DNA of 64,000 bases from Nitrososphaerales archaeon (GTDB taxonomy: Archaea; Thermoproteota; Nitrososphaeria; Nitrososphaerales; UBA213): positions 160,001-224,000 of the forward strand of contig CBDAOC010000019.1 in the NCBI GenBank assembly GCA_965197925.1, given 5' to 3'. Position 1 is the stretch's first letter. Each line of letters starts with the position of its first letter. Below the pieces are notes generated by a model that was not told the origin of the DNA, did not search any database, and saw only the letters and a program-made list of their open reading frames with translations. The position numbers and the translations under genes were made by a program. Below are positions 41,496-53,237 of the stretch, in pieces.

Positions 41496-41822
41496 GACTA
41501 GGAACCTACAGAGCCTAATCGTATAATAGACCTTCGATCTCAAACCTGATCGTTACTACCTATTGGCAACAATAAATGCCACAGGAGCAAGATGGTTAGG
41601 ATGTTAATTTCATACGTGAAGTATGACTGGGATTTTGAAATCCTCGATCCTCTCCCTAGAAGAGTAAATATTCCAACACTCCGCACACCAAGATCCCACC
41701 CTACATGTCAAAGTCTATTGATTAACAACTCAATGTAAATAAGAGATTCATAGATTATTATCAATTATAGAAATATATCTATAATAATGAATCTAAAAAG
41801 TCATGAGGAGGATCTACGGATT

Positions 41823-43322
41823 CTACATTAATTGATCTTTAGAATCAAAGAGTTGAATCAAATTGGGTTTGAGTATCTTACCCAACGCATTACGCGGAAA
41901 CTTATTAAGTTTTATTATTTGCCTTGGTATCTTATATGCTGCTAGACGCTCTTGAGCCCATATACGTAGTGAGCTTAAGGTTAAATCTGCTTTTTCTTCA
42001 AGTATCAGTGCTGCACAAACTCGTTCACCCAATAGATGGTCTTTGATTCCAACAACTGCACATGTCTTAATGAGTGGGTGATTGAGTAGCACTTCTTCGA
42101 TTTCTATTGCTGATAACTTGTATCCACCGGTCTTAATAATGTCCAAATCACTTCTGCCTAATATACGAAATATCCCATCTTTTTTGACCCCAATATCACC
42201 AGTACAGAACCAGCCATCATGAAACGCCTTCTTAGTAGCTATAGGATTTCTCCAATACTCAATGAATACACCAGGCCCTCTGACCTCGATCTCTCCGGCG
42301 GTTCCTTGCTCGACCAAATTCCCTTTCTCATTAACAAGTCTTACTTCCACATCAGGCAGGGCTGTGCCAACATATCCTGGTGATCTATGACCATGAAGCG
42401 GGTTGGAAATACTCATGCCAAATTCTGTCATGCCATACCTTTCCAAAAGAATGTGACCGCTAACCTCCTTCCATTCTTGAAGTGTACGAACAGGTAAGGC
42501 CGCTGAACCTGAGACCATGAGACGAATATTGGAACATGATTCTGTCATGATTTTTTGTTCTCCCGACGAAGAATTTCTCCAGAATTTAATCAACTTCTCA
42601 TAAATGGTGGGGACGGCCATAAAGAGAGTTAATTTGCCCTTTGTGATACATCTCCACGCTTCTGCCGAGTCAAACCGAGGAAGCATTTCGCTCCAACCCA
42701 GAGTGCACAAGTCAATACATTGATTATACCATGCACGTGATGTAGTGGCAACACAAGAAGGATGTGATCCTCTCCCGCCCATTCCCATGGCGAAACCAAG
42801 CTCCTGACTTGTGCTTCGATGTTTTTATGGGTGGTAAGCACGCCCTTAGGTTTACTGGTAGTACCACTTGTGTAAACAATCATTGCCCGCCTGCCCATCC
42901 CTACCAAGGGGAGCTCGTTTTTGGGTGTCTTTGAGGGCATCGGTTGTTAGAACAAAATGTAAGCCACACATCTCCGCCACATGACGAGCATCCTTTTCAT
43001 AATTTGGGTTTCCAACAATGATACTTGAGCCAGAATTACTGATGAAATATTCTAGCTCTGGTATTGGATGCAAGATGGAAAGTGGAACCGCAATACCTCC
43101 AGCGCGCCAGATCCTCCATTGAGTAGCAACATACTGAAATCCTGGTTGCATCAAAAAGGCCACAGATGTTTCTTTCAGATCGTGAGCTCCATTAAGCAGA
43201 GATGAGGCAATACTACTTGATGCTTCGAGAAGCTGCTTGTAGGTGAACACTCCTTCCCTTGCAATAATGGCAGTTCTCTCCACGTATTTTTTGGCTCGCT
43301 CAATTAATTGGAGGTTAGACAT
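41823..43322 (-). pseudogene. Acyl-CoA synthetase (malonyl-CoA synthetase MatB/ACSF3-like), two frameshifts
   Basis: [49 protein letters not shown] spread over three ORFs. Confidence 0.85.
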
Positions 43323-43702
43323 TCTGCATTCTACCTTAATGTTGCAATGTTCTCCAAGATAAGAATTGAGGTATTATGAATTGTTATCAATCAAATAAAT
43401 CAGGACAACAAATATCGGTATCCAAATTATATAAGGATTGAAAGAATTATTATATGATTAGAATTTCCTCCTGATCATGGGCGACAATCTCTAGTAATTA
43501 TTGAATATATTCCCAAGTTTTAAAAAAATAAAGAAAGATATGGAATAAATGAGTATATACGATTATAGATGTCACTGATATAGTGAGCAAGTAATCAAAA
43601 GAATGGTGGACTTCTGATGCAATGACAATTATAACCATATTTTACTATTATTCCGATTGGATTACATTTAATAAAGAATTTATGATAATATGATACGAAT
43701 TG

Positions 43703-45388
43703 ATGAATTTATACAAAGAGATTGGGGTCTTGATGTTGATCATCTCACTTTTTGTACCAATACTACTTAGCACCCACTCATCTTATAGTTATCCCTCCTC
43801 AGTTAAGGGGATAGGCCTAAAGTGGTCCAACCTGCATCTTTCCATTTGCATAACCAACTCGGCTGATCCCAAGTATGAGAAATTGTTTATCAGGGCTATC
43901 GATGAATGGAAAATTATTTGGCCGCACTTTACTTATGAGATTCCAACCGTTCAAGCCTGTAATATAGATGTCTTAATCCTAAAAGATTATGCAGAATATC
44001 AGGAAGGAGGATTTCTGGGCAGCATGGACCCAAAATTTGTTTACAATGATGAACAAGGGTATTTGGAATTTTTGAGTGCAGAAATCATCATTCCAACCAA
44101 GAATAAGTTTAATTTGATGCAAGGTGATTTCTGTTGCCGACAAGTCTACATTGAAACTACCGAAAAACAATTCTATGTAACTGCAATGCATGAATTTGGT
44201 CATGCTCTTGGTTTAGGCCATAGTAGTGACAATGGAATTGGCTCTGTTGATTTGATGAACAGCGCAAACCTTGCCGGGGTTCTAGAAAACGAAGATGAAG
44301 AGAGGAAATACGTATTATCCTCTTTGACCATTAATAAACTGGACGAGATTTATGGTACCGCTACTCAAGCAAAAGATACACCGCTTGACATAAGATCATC
44401 GGTGACTCTTGATGTAGCTATTGATAAAGGGATCTATTACTTTGATGAGACAATGCAGGTAACAGGAAAAGTCTCAGATACAGATGAAGCTGGTTCGATT
44501 ATTCTACTTGAAGCCGTTGAAACTGATTATAATGCGACCAATATCCTCCAAGGACATACGATACACGAATTCAAGAGTTTCAAACCGGATCGAAATGGAA
44601 TTTTCAACTTAAGCCTTGATTTGAGAATAGATAACCCTGGAAAATGGTTGTTATTAATCCAGTTTATGGGAACCACAAAATTTCTATCTTTTGAAGTAAA
44701 AGAAATATTCCCTGCAATCCATGCTCAGACTGATAAAACAATCTATACTTTAGGAGAAGTTGTAAAAATAAATGGTAATGTAACAAGACATGGAAAAGAA
44801 GTTGATATATACCTGATTAATCCTGATGGTATCAACTTCAAATTTGTCAGGACTCCAATCTTGAAGAATAAGAACTTTGAAGCAGAGTATACTTTGCATG
44901 AATCAAGGCTTACTGTTGAAGGTGTATGGACAATTCGTTTAGCCTATGCTGATATTATTACTGAAATTACATTTAATCTTGAAACCAAAGTAGGTACAAA
45001 CGAATCCGAGGAAATTGAAACGGAACAGTTCGATGAAAGTTCATCTCCTGAGGCGTTATTAAATGTTAGAATTCAAGCTAAGCAGATAAAAGATGTAATC
45101 ATCATTCGTGTAAGAAATATGGCGGGTAGCACAGTAGATATTGAAAGTTTCAAGATACTATTTCCCGATTCCTCATTAAAGGCATTCAAAGGCCCAAGAG
45201 ATTGGACAAAAGAAAGTATATTTGATAACGGAGCACTATTTTCAGCCCCCGATAATCCTATTAATGGAGGAGATAAAGAATACTTTTTACTAAGGGTAGA
45301 AAATGTAAAACCAACAATTCTATGGGAAGTGTATGGTTCAGATAAAACTTCGTTAGTATTGGGTTCGGTTATCCCATTCATGAGGTAA
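43703..45388 (+). CDS. Secreted metzincin (matrixin-like) metalloprotease with Ig-like C-terminal domains
   Basis: Signal peptide; HEFGHALGLGH plus Met-turn VDLM; D.K..Y..GE.V.I.G repeats. Confidence 0.85.
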   Translation: MNLYKEIGVLMLIISLFVPILLSTHSSYSYPSSVKGIGLKWSNLHLSICITNSADPKYEKLFIRAIDEWKIIWPHFTYEIPTVQACNIDVLILKDYAEYQEGGFLGSMDPKFVYNDEQGYLEFLSAEIIIPTKNKFNLMQGDFCCRQVYIETTEKQFYVTAMHEFGHALGLGHSSDNGIGSVDLMNSANLAGVLENEDEERKYVLSSLTINKLDEIYGTATQAKDTPLDIRSSVTLDVAIDKGIYYFDETMQVTGKVSDTDEAGSIILLEAVETDYNATNILQGHTIHEFKSFKPDRNGIFNLSLDLRIDNPGKWLLLIQFMGTTKFLSFEVKEIFPAIHAQTDKTIYTLGEVVKINGNVTRHGKEVDIYLINPDGINFKFVRTPILKNKNFEAEYTLHESRLTVEGVWTIRLAYADIITEITFNLETKVGTNESEEIETEQFDESSSPEALLNVRIQAKQIKDVIIIRVRNMAGSTVDIESFKILFPDSSLKAFKGPRDWTKESIFDNGALFSAPDNPINGGDKEYFLLRVENVKPTILWEVYGSDKTSLVLGSVIPFMR

Positions 45389-46005
45389 TCTCTAACATGA
45401 AATAAGAAGATCCAGATTTAGCCCCTCCTCATATTCGCTTTTCCATACCGAATACTGCATAAAACCTAATTCAATCATAGGGTAAGTATAAATCTCCAAA
45501 AGATAGATAAACCTCGCTTCGCTCATTTTGAAAAAATAAACTTTTCGCTGAACATTTCAGTACGGTTAAATTCTCAAACAACTATTTCTCCGTAATTTAG
45601 AATTGCTTGTCCGCTGTATTGACATTCCTATTCCTATCCTAGATGGCTCGCAATATATTGAAGAAAATTTCTATATTGAGATATTCCATGGTGTATCATT
45701 AGTGGCAAATATCACAATAATATTCTGTTAATGAAATAAATCTTATTTGATATGATGAACCGTAACTTTCAATCTATACAGTCATAGACTGTACAAGAAA
45801 TGGAATTTAATCAACTCTTCCAAATAGAATATTCTTAGAATATTGTATATTTAATTCGCCTATTATTCACATATTCAAACCTGAGAGCTTACATCACTAT
45901 CATATTGAGGGAAACCAATTCACCCCGAATGACGTTGTCCTACTAAATTGTTCAGGCTTGTTCGCATAGAGGAAGGCATTAATTCACCTTTGCTATTGTA
46001 AAATA

Positions 46006-46980
46006 CTACAAAACTGCATTTGTTCTTATAGGCATTATTGGAAATGCGCCGCAGGTGTCACAGAATTTAGAATCTTTACTGACGTATCCTTTGCAGTCAG
46101 GACATCTATTGTCACCCTTCATAGTTTTCGGTGCGTCAAAGAACCTTCGATAGATCATATAATAATACAAATGTTCTCTGGTGCGTATCCTCACTGAATC
46201 CTCCGAAACAACAGATTTGACACTTTCTGAATAGGTTGTATCATTGATATTGATATTAAGTGATTTTGCAAATACGTCCAAACCTGCACCTTCTTCCAAT
46301 GGCATTTTTCTTCTCCAAGCAATATCTCTCGTTATGTCATCCTCAAAGCAAGTTCTTAGTATCCACTTGCCAAACTTTACACCTTCATTATCACCTATCT
46401 TAAGTCCGATAGGAATGTGTTTAGAGAATTCCAAAAGCTCCCTATCCAGATATGGTGTTCTCACGTTGACACCTAATGCCTTTCCTATAGTAATTGAAGA
46501 AAAATGCATCTTGTGCCATAGTTCTTTTAACATACTTTCAAGTGTCTCATCATCAAGTTTTAGCATATAATTATAACCAACAAATATTTCGTCTGCACCA
46601 TCTCCTGTCATGACAGAACTGAAGCCATTACTCTTCAGCTCCTTCAAGGAGGAGTAAATTACACTCGTGTTCCTGATCTCCATTGGATCAAAAGATTTTA
46701 TAATTTTAACCACATTTTCTATTGCATCATTCATATCTTCTATCGTAAGATGATTTATGAGATGCTTGAATTGATACTTCTCCGATACAATCTTAGCATA
46801 TAATAGATCGGGGGCATTTTTATTTACAGTAGTTATACCCGTTAAACCGGTGATTTTTACTGCTATGCTTGCTATTATGCTACTATCAACTCCTCCAGAT
46901 AATAAAATAGCGTTAGAGAGATTTCTTTGAATACTAGCTGAGAGTAAATCTCTTAGTTCAACATAATTCCTTTCAGGCAT
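46006..46980 (-). CDS. Asparagine synthase C-terminal domain protein with Zn ribbon
   Basis: LLSGGVDSS, TGDGADEIFVGY, RTPYLD, CPDC...CDTCGAFP. Confidence 0.88.
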   Translation of the reverse strand: MPERNYVELRDLLSASIQRNLSNAILLSGGVDSSIIASIAVKITGLTGITTVNKNAPDLLYAKIVSEKYQFKHLINHLTIEDMNDAIENVVKIIKSFDPMEIRNTSVIYSSLKELKSNGFSSVMTGDGADEIFVGYNYMLKLDDETLESMLKELWHKMHFSSITIGKALGVNVRTPYLDRELLEFSKHIPIGLKIGDNEGVKFGKWILRTCFEDDITRDIAWRRKMPLEEGAGLDVFAKSLNININDTTYSESVKSVVSEDSVRIRTREHLYYYMIYRRFFDAPKTMKGDNRCPDCKGYVSKDSKFCDTCGAFPIMPIRTNAVL

Positions 46981-47130
46981 GCCTTTAACAATCTAAAATT
47001 CTTTTATGTCATGGTATAAAATTGTTGAATTCTCTATTAAGCATAAATTAGTAAGATGGGTGTCTTTAATTCTAATCAATGCTAATAACGAATCAATTAA
47101 GCAGTAATAATTCCCCACACACATTTGTGC

Positions 47131-47679
47131 TCATGGACTAAAGAAGCGAGTAACAATGGTGTTCGAAGCGAATGTTATCAAGAGCAAGCTAATAGCTGAA
47201 CCCATCAATACAACAATCAAAACTTTTGAACCCACACCAAGCATTCTACCAATAACAGTTGTAGTAGATGAACCTGTTCCTTGAAATGGAATTATCATGA
47301 ACAATATCAAGCCCACCCACCAGAGCTTGCCAAACCATTTCTTATTTATGATCGTATTGCTCTTCCTCTCTACCCTAGTCATCACTCTTCCAAAAAATCT
47401 AATTTGTTTCAGCAATTCATAGTTCCAGTGTACAAACAACGCAGCCAAAAAATCCATCAAAAGGATACTAATTGCAAGAACAAATGGATCTATTTTAAAA
47501 GAAATTCCTAATGGTACTATAGATTCTTTTCCAAACGGTGGTATTATATACGTTGAGAGTAAAGACATAAGAAGTACAGCTGATTCATACTTCAGTGCAA
47601 TCAAACTGTACACATAAACTACACCCACAGTTGGTGGGATGAGTATCTTGAAATATTTAATTTTTGATCTATCCAACAT
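47131..47679 (-). CDS. Small multidrug export-like membrane protein
   Basis: PPFGKESIVPLG and FMIIPFQGTGS motifs. Confidence 0.7.
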   Translation of the reverse strand: MLDRSKIKYFKILIPPTVGVVYVYSLIALKYESAVLLMSLLSTYIIPPFGKESIVPLGISFKIDPFVLAISILLMDFLAALFVHWNYELLKQIRFFGRVMTRVERKSNTIINKKWFGKLWWVGLILFMIIPFQGTGSSTTTVIGRMLGVGSKVLIVVLMGSAISLLLITFASNTIVTRFFSP

Positions 47680-47880
47680 CCTTATTACATCCTCAATATT
47701 GATGCGTAGTCAATAAACCTTTACAATCACTTAATTTATTTTGTTGATGTCTTCTAAAGAATTTGGAACAAACATTATTTCTACAATATTGCCTAACTGT
47801 TATTCTCCTTGGAGGATAAGGATTTAATTTGGATAGGATTTGGATAAACCGATAAATACGAACAAAGTGAAATTTAGGTA

Positions 47881-48606
47881 GTGGAAATAAGTATTATTAT
47901 AGCCGCAGTAGTTGGTGTCGGCTCATTTTTCTCGCCATGTATGATACCAGTGTTACCTGCATTTATAGCCTACCTATCAGGAACCAGCGTTCGTGAAATG
48001 AGTTCGAGCAATGGGCTAACGCTCACTTCAACTAGACTAAACATCTTTTTGAATACTGTGTTTTTCGTGCTGGGATTCTCGCTGGTTTTCTCCTTATTGG
48101 GCGTTTTGTTAAACAGCGTATTCTCTATCTTTGCTGTTGATTTTGCATTGTGGCTTGCAAGAATAGGTGGGATTATGATAATTGCCTTCGGATTATACTT
48201 GTTTGCATCAGCAAAGCTCCACTTTTTAAATTTTGAGAAGAAGATCAAAATTTCTAAATTCAAACTAAGCTACCCCACATCCTTTGTGTTCGGGCTTGCA
48301 TTTGCAGCTGCATGGACACCTTGTGTTGGTCCTATACTAGGCAGTATATTTACACTAGCAGCTGCGTTGCCGGGGCAGGCATTCAATCTTTTATTGGTAT
48401 ATTCCTTAGGGTTAGGAATTCCATTCCTGCTAACGGGGTTATTCTTCTCAAGAACAACTGCAATCGTTAAAAATGTGAGTAAACATTTGAAGTTCTTCAA
48501 TGTAATTGTGGGTGCTGCATTGATCGCTTTAGGCATACTTGTATTCACTAACCAGTTAGCGGTGATAGGAAGCTTTCCAATTGTGAATGATATCATATTG
48601 AGGTGA
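47881..48606 (+). CDS. ccdA: Cytochrome c biogenesis CcdA/DsbD transmembrane protein
   Basis: SFFSPCMIPVLP and AWTPCVGPILGSI. Confidence 0.9.
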   Translation: MEISIIIAAVVGVGSFFSPCMIPVLPAFIAYLSGTSVREMSSSNGLTLTSTRLNIFLNTVFFVLGFSLVFSLLGVLLNSVFSIFAVDFALWLARIGGIMIIAFGLYLFASAKLHFLNFEKKIKISKFKLSYPTSFVFGLAFAAAWTPCVGPILGSIFTLAAALPGQAFNLLLVYSLGLGIPFLLTGLFFSRTTAIVKNVSKHLKFFNVIVGAALIALGILVFTNQLAVIGSFPIVNDIILR

Positions 48607-49721
48607 TCAAAACGAGAACAGAGCTGAGGAGTGCAATTATAGTCTTTGCGGCAATAGGTGTAGCCATAGCGGGAATAAGTATTTACTTTAATTCTATTCA
48701 GACGGGTGACAGTGTTTCGTACCAGCCTGCAACAACAAACAATTCTGGCGTTATCACTATTGACAAGTCAAAGTTTCTCAAAGCACCAGAACTGGAGGGA
48801 ATAAGCGGGTATATCAATACCGAGCCCATTACTACGGAGGAGCTAAAAGGCAAGGTAGTGATCGTAGATTTCTGGACATATTCATGTATAAATTGCATCA
48901 GAACCATTCCATATCTTAATGGATGGTATGAAAAGTATTCAGATGACGGTCTTGTAATTTTAGGCGTGCATAGTCCTGAGTTCGAGTTTGAAAAGAACTA
49001 CGACAATGTAAAATCTGCTGTAGAAAAGTTTGAGATCCGATATCCGGTAGTGCAGGATAATGAAATGGCCATATGGAAAGCCTATAAGAATAATTTTTGG
49101 CCGCACAAGTACATTGTTGATCATGAGGGTTACATACGCTATGATCATATAGGTGAGGGAGCTTATGAAGAAACGGAATCTGTAATACAGGAATTGCTGA
49201 ATGAGAGGGCTGTAGCATCTAGTCTTGAAATTGACCTTGAGGAGGGTATGATTTCTCCTGAATCCACCGTTGACGTTGATTTCTCCAGAATACAAACGCG
49301 TGAGCTTTATCTTGGTTATGGGTTTGGTGTTCAGCTTGGCAATAAAGAGAGGCTTATCCCAAACGAAACAATGAATTTTTCACTTCCCAAGGATATTGTG
49401 ACAAACAAGGTTTACCTGCAAGGAGCTTGGAAGAGTAGTAGGGATTATATGGAATTGATGTCCGATACTGGCAAAGTTGTTTTGAATTATAACACAAAGG
49501 TAGTGAATATAGTTGCTGCAGGAAATTCTACACTCACCATTAAACTTGATAATTTATTGATAGATAATTCTAACATTGGTAAGGATGTCCATGAGGGGCA
49601 GGTTCATATATTGGAGGAAAGACTGTATAATTTAGTTTTCAGTGAAGAGTATGGCGCGCACATCATTGAGATAGATGTTGAGGGAGAGGGGTTTAGGCTC
49701 TACACGTATACTTTTGGTTAA
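48603..49721 (+). CDS. Membrane-anchored thioredoxin-like protein (DipZ C-terminal type)
   Basis: VDFWTYSCINC, GVHSPEFEFEK, terminal YTYTFG; GTGA overlap with ccdA. Confidence 0.9.
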   Translation: MIKTRTELRSAIIVFAAIGVAIAGISIYFNSIQTGDSVSYQPATTNNSGVITIDKSKFLKAPELEGISGYINTEPITTEELKGKVVIVDFWTYSCINCIRTIPYLNGWYEKYSDDGLVILGVHSPEFEFEKNYDNVKSAVEKFEIRYPVVQDNEMAIWKAYKNNFWPHKYIVDHEGYIRYDHIGEGAYEETESVIQELLNERAVASSLEIDLEEGMISPESTVDVDFSRIQTRELYLGYGFGVQLGNKERLIPNETMNFSLPKDIVTNKVYLQGAWKSSRDYMELMSDTGKVVLNYNTKVVNIVAAGNSTLTIKLDNLLIDNSNIGKDVHEGQVHILEERLYNLVFSEEYGAHIIEIDVEGEGFRLYTYTFG

Positions 49722-49753
49722 GGTTTTTATAATTAATAAACAGAATAAAAGTT

Positions 49754-49954
49754 ATGGAAAGGCCTTTAGTGAGAAGACGGGTAAGAGATATGCGTATGGT
49801 TAGGGAAGGAAGAGGATATTCTCTTCCGGAGCTTAGGGAAGTAGAACTTGATGGTTCAAAGGCTCTAAGAAGGGGTATTCCCTTTGATAAATTCAGAAAG
49901 ACAAAACATGAAGACAATATTAAGAAATTGAATTCCATTTTGACACACAATTAA
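49754..49954 (+). CDS. rpl13e: 50S ribosomal protein L13e
   Basis: REGRGYSLPELRE...GIPFDKFRKTKHEDNI. Confidence 0.8.
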   Translation: MERPLVRRRVRDMRMVREGRGYSLPELREVELDGSKALRRGIPFDKFRKTKHEDNIKKLNSILTHN

Positions 49955-50004
49955 GAAATTAGGTTAAAGAAAGTTTATATAAATTATAGCCAATAACGAT
50001 TAGA

Positions 50005-50409
50005 ATGTTATTACCCTCAGAGATCGAATCAAAGTCACTGATTCCTGCAATTCGAGTAATCATAGCAAAAAAACTCTCTCTAGAATTCTATCTTAAAGAG
50101 GATGATATTGCCAAGATGCTTGGTGTTACCCAGGCAGCAATAAGCAATTACGTACGAGGTACAAGAGGAGATATGGAACTCGTTACAAAATTAAATAGCA
50201 TCCCTGAAATAATGCGTATGGCGGATGATATAACAAAGGATTTGGCAGCGAACAAAGTGTACACCCCGTCTAGCATGGCGAAGTTTATAGCATTGTGTAA
50301 TTACATGCGACAGAGTTTGATTATTTGTGATGTACACCACACTCTTGAAGAAAATATTGATGAGGGTGTTTGTAAAAGCTGTGAAAGTAATCTTTTAAAG
50401 GGATATTGA
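50005..50409 (+). CDS. HTH transcriptional regulator (archaeal, COG2522-like)
   Basis: MLLPSEIESKSLIPAIR...LGVTQAAISNY; C-terminal Cys/His cluster. Confidence 0.85.
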   Translation: MLLPSEIESKSLIPAIRVIIAKKLSLEFYLKEDDIAKMLGVTQAAISNYVRGTRGDMELVTKLNSIPEIMRMADDITKDLAANKVYTPSSMAKFIALCNYMRQSLIICDVHHTLEENIDEGVCKSCESNLLKGY

Positions 50410-50468
50410 ATTTAGCCGTAGGATGTTATTATTATCAAGACAGTATAATACCAGTTGATAATTTTCTT

Positions 50469-51492
50469 CGCTCATAATGTCGAATCTTGTTACTGCTTTT
50501 TGTAGCCTTGGTTTGATGGAAATAGATCAATGCTAGTGCGTTTGCATTAATACATGCTTAGGTTGCTCTTGTCTCTCTTCCTTGATGAGTCTATCTATGC
50601 TTCCCTGCTCAAGAATACCAAATGATATAAAGTCATCTTCTATCAAATATGCTATTCAAGGTGGGTGAAGAGATATAGTAAGTATAAGGATGTGTTTGAA
50701 CGATACTATTGCAATTAATGCAAACATACATTCAGGACAAGACTGGAACAATATTCCATTATTCACACATTTCATTGTCTGAATAGTTTCTAGTAATCTA
50801 TCTGATCTACATACCATAGATGAGTATGTCGATAAGCGGTATAAGCTACCAGTTCAGCATACCATACAGAATATGCTACCAAATGATTAGGGGAGTAATG
50901 GAGAGACCTGCATCTGTAGAAGTAAAACTCAAGCTTGATGGCAGAGTAGAGATATGAATTATACGTAAAGGCTGGCACGAAGGGAGGGAAGTACCATGAC
51001 CTCATAATTAGAAATAGAATGCCCAGAGGAAGGGATATAAAGTAAAACCATGGAAGGACAGGGAATATTTTACAAGGATCATCCAATGGTTTTGAGTTAT
51101 CAAAGGAATTGTGAGACTGTATTCGATATGCCCATGCATTATGATTCCATTTCAAGCGTGGTTTGTAAGACTGTCAATTATGGTTCCAGGGTGGATACCG
51201 ATGAGTATGCTTCATGCAGTCCATTGAAGGAACATGGCTTCAAGCATGAATGTGTATCTCATTCTAGGAGAGAGTATACCAGAGCTGATGATATGTGTCA
51301 ACAACTGTAAGGACAGAACTAATCTGCAGAAGATGTGGTTATCTAAGTTCATGGGTGTTAACAAGTTAAACCTCTAAGGATACAAAAAGACATTCCAGTT
51401 CCTGCATAACAACAGGGCTATGAATATCTATGAGAAGTTTAAGAAAATATTATTAATAATGGTTATAGCAACAACATTCTACATTATGAGCG
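50469..51492 (+). mobile_element. IS1595-family element, degenerate transposase, intact ends and 8-bp TSD
   Basis: TIRs CGCTCATAATGTCGAAT / ATTCTACATTATGAGCG; ATTTTCTT duplicated at 50461-50468 and 51493-51500; VDTDEY...HECVSHSRREY motif. Confidence 0.9.
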
Positions 51493-51816
51493 ATTTTCTT
51501 AATATTTAATTTTTATCAAAAGCGGGTATAAATATTCCAATGGAGGCATTTTCTGAACATATCTAGGATTTTTATGGTGTTTTAGAGAATTTGTTTGCTA
51601 TGCGAAAATGGCCCTGCTCAAAAAACTCATTATCTGATGCCTAGGGCAAATATTCACCCAGAAATTGTTTACGGTCATCATTGTCAGAATGTACATTTCA
51701 TTTCCAAATGAACCTTCCTATAGCACTTCAATAATCTCTAATTGTATTTCTATAAATAAATTTAGAATCCTATTTTCTAGAATTTCCCAATATTTTTTTT
51801 ACTAAATCTGCACAAG

Positions 51817-52281
51817 CTAATTTTCAAGCAACCAAGTAATCGGTATATCCTGATACTTTCCATTAGGTAAAATTCTTCGTAAGGAAATAGGTAACGCCTT
51901 CTGCATCAATTCGGCTTCTCCCATTAAGATTGAATCCACAACACCTTTTAAAGGAGCTATCAGTGATGGTGCTCCCAGAGAAAGCTGTAAAGCCCTTATT
52001 CCTATTATTCTTGCCTTTTCAAACCTTGTCAAGCGTGGAGGGCCTACTACAATTTTCTTACCCTCTTTGGGTCTTAATTCTCTGAGTTCCTCTACTATTT
52101 CATCCGCACTCACCTGTTCAGGCAATTTTTCTACTACTTTCTCTGTTTCATGGAGTTCTAGTGGTTCCATGACTTCTGCAACTTCTGTGACTATGACTGA
52201 TTTTTTCTTACCCTTAGCCATAGGGGTTTCAATTTTTGAGTCATTTCCCTCTACAACTTTTTTAGAAGAATTGCTTTTCAC
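51817..52281 (-). CDS. rpoK: DNA-directed RNA polymerase subunit K (Rpo6)
   Basis: GPPRLTRFEKARIIGIRALQLSLGAP...LPISLRRILPNG; start uncertain (52281 or 52221). Confidence 0.92.
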   Translation of the reverse strand: MKSNSSKKVVEGNDSKIETPMAKGKKKSVIVTEVAEVMEPLELHETEKVVEKLPEQVSADEIVEELRELRPKEGKKIVVGPPRLTRFEKARIIGIRALQLSLGAPSLIAPLKGVVDSILMGEAELMQKALPISLRRILPNGKYQDIPITWLLEN

Positions 52282-52384
52282 TGGCAAGAATATCAGGTGA
52301 AATAATTGTAATATAATTAAATGTTGCGAAAGAATATTCACGATTTTTCACATGCTTTAATAGGAACAATCCAATTTAACATTC

Positions 52385-52762
52385 ATGCCAGGATCGGTAT
52401 CTAGAACGAAGCTATTATTGGAATTAACGGGGAAGGGGGTTTGTGAATGCGAGCTTGTAAGACATTTGGCTCCTTTTACTGTTGGAACACTTTTGACTAG
52501 GCTACCACTAGAAGGTAGGAGTTTTTGGTTTGAGGATAAGTTTGTTTATTTTGAAACCGGTCTAGCTATTGGAACTGAAAAACAGCGATCCCACTTCAGG
52601 AAAGGTGATATGACATTCATGATAGCAAGTGGTTCTGTTTGCACTTTCCTTCAAGATACATCAGTAAATACAGTCATGAATCCAATTGGTAAATTACTCA
52701 CTAACATTGAACTGCTTACAAACTGTGTTCCTGGAGATGTACTTCAGTTAAGAAAACCCTAA
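52385..52762 (+). CDS. Cyclophilin-like fold protein (thaumarchaeal)
   Basis: CELVRHLAPFTV, YFETG, MNPIGK. Confidence 0.75.
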   Translation: MPGSVSRTKLLLELTGKGVCECELVRHLAPFTVGTLLTRLPLEGRSFWFEDKFVYFETGLAIGTEKQRSHFRKGDMTFMIASGSVCTFLQDTSVNTVMNPIGKLLTNIELLTNCVPGDVLQLRKP

Positions 52763-53160
52763 TTTTGATCTTGAGGACTACCCTCACTCGCTACTTCCTG
52801 TTCTGGAGAATCATTCTTTATTTTTTCCTGTATCAAAGCGTATACTTTATGACCACTATATCCTCCAACATATTTGATATTACCCCCAGCTTCAAGAGAT
52901 TTTAAGAATGCATTTGCCACAGAAATTTTAACGCCAGTGTTCTTTGCCAACTCTTGTGGCGTTATAGCCTTCAAACCTGATATCGCTTTCATACCATCCC
53001 CCTCATTTAGCATTACTGATATCCTAGCTTTCTGTTGAAGACCCTTATCCCCTTTCTCTTTCTTATCCTTTTTCTCATCTTTCTTTACTTCTGCTGCCTG
53101 AGGGCCAGAATCTTTAGACTTTGAAGATGACCCTACATCTTTCTTCTTCGCTCCTACCAT
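52759..53160 (-). CDS. rps25e: 30S ribosomal protein S25e
   Basis: MVGAKKK...KAITPQELAKNTGVKISVANAFLKSLE...GGYSGHKVY. Confidence 0.8.
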   Translation of the reverse strand: MVGAKKKDVGSSSKSKDSGPQAAEVKKDEKKDKKEKGDKGLQQKARISVMLNEGDGMKAISGLKAITPQELAKNTGVKISVANAFLKSLEAGGNIKYVGGYSGHKVYALIQEKIKNDSPEQEVASEGSPQDQN

Positions 53161-53237
53161 AGCACGAGTCATGTGTGACCGACTTATTAATCTACCATAG
53201 ATCCATCCTTTTATTTTGGAATACTCTTGATCCTTGT

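Noticed and set aside
45400..46000. AT-rich intergenic region as replication origin
   Set aside because: No ORB repeats or adjacent orc1/cdc6 gene seen
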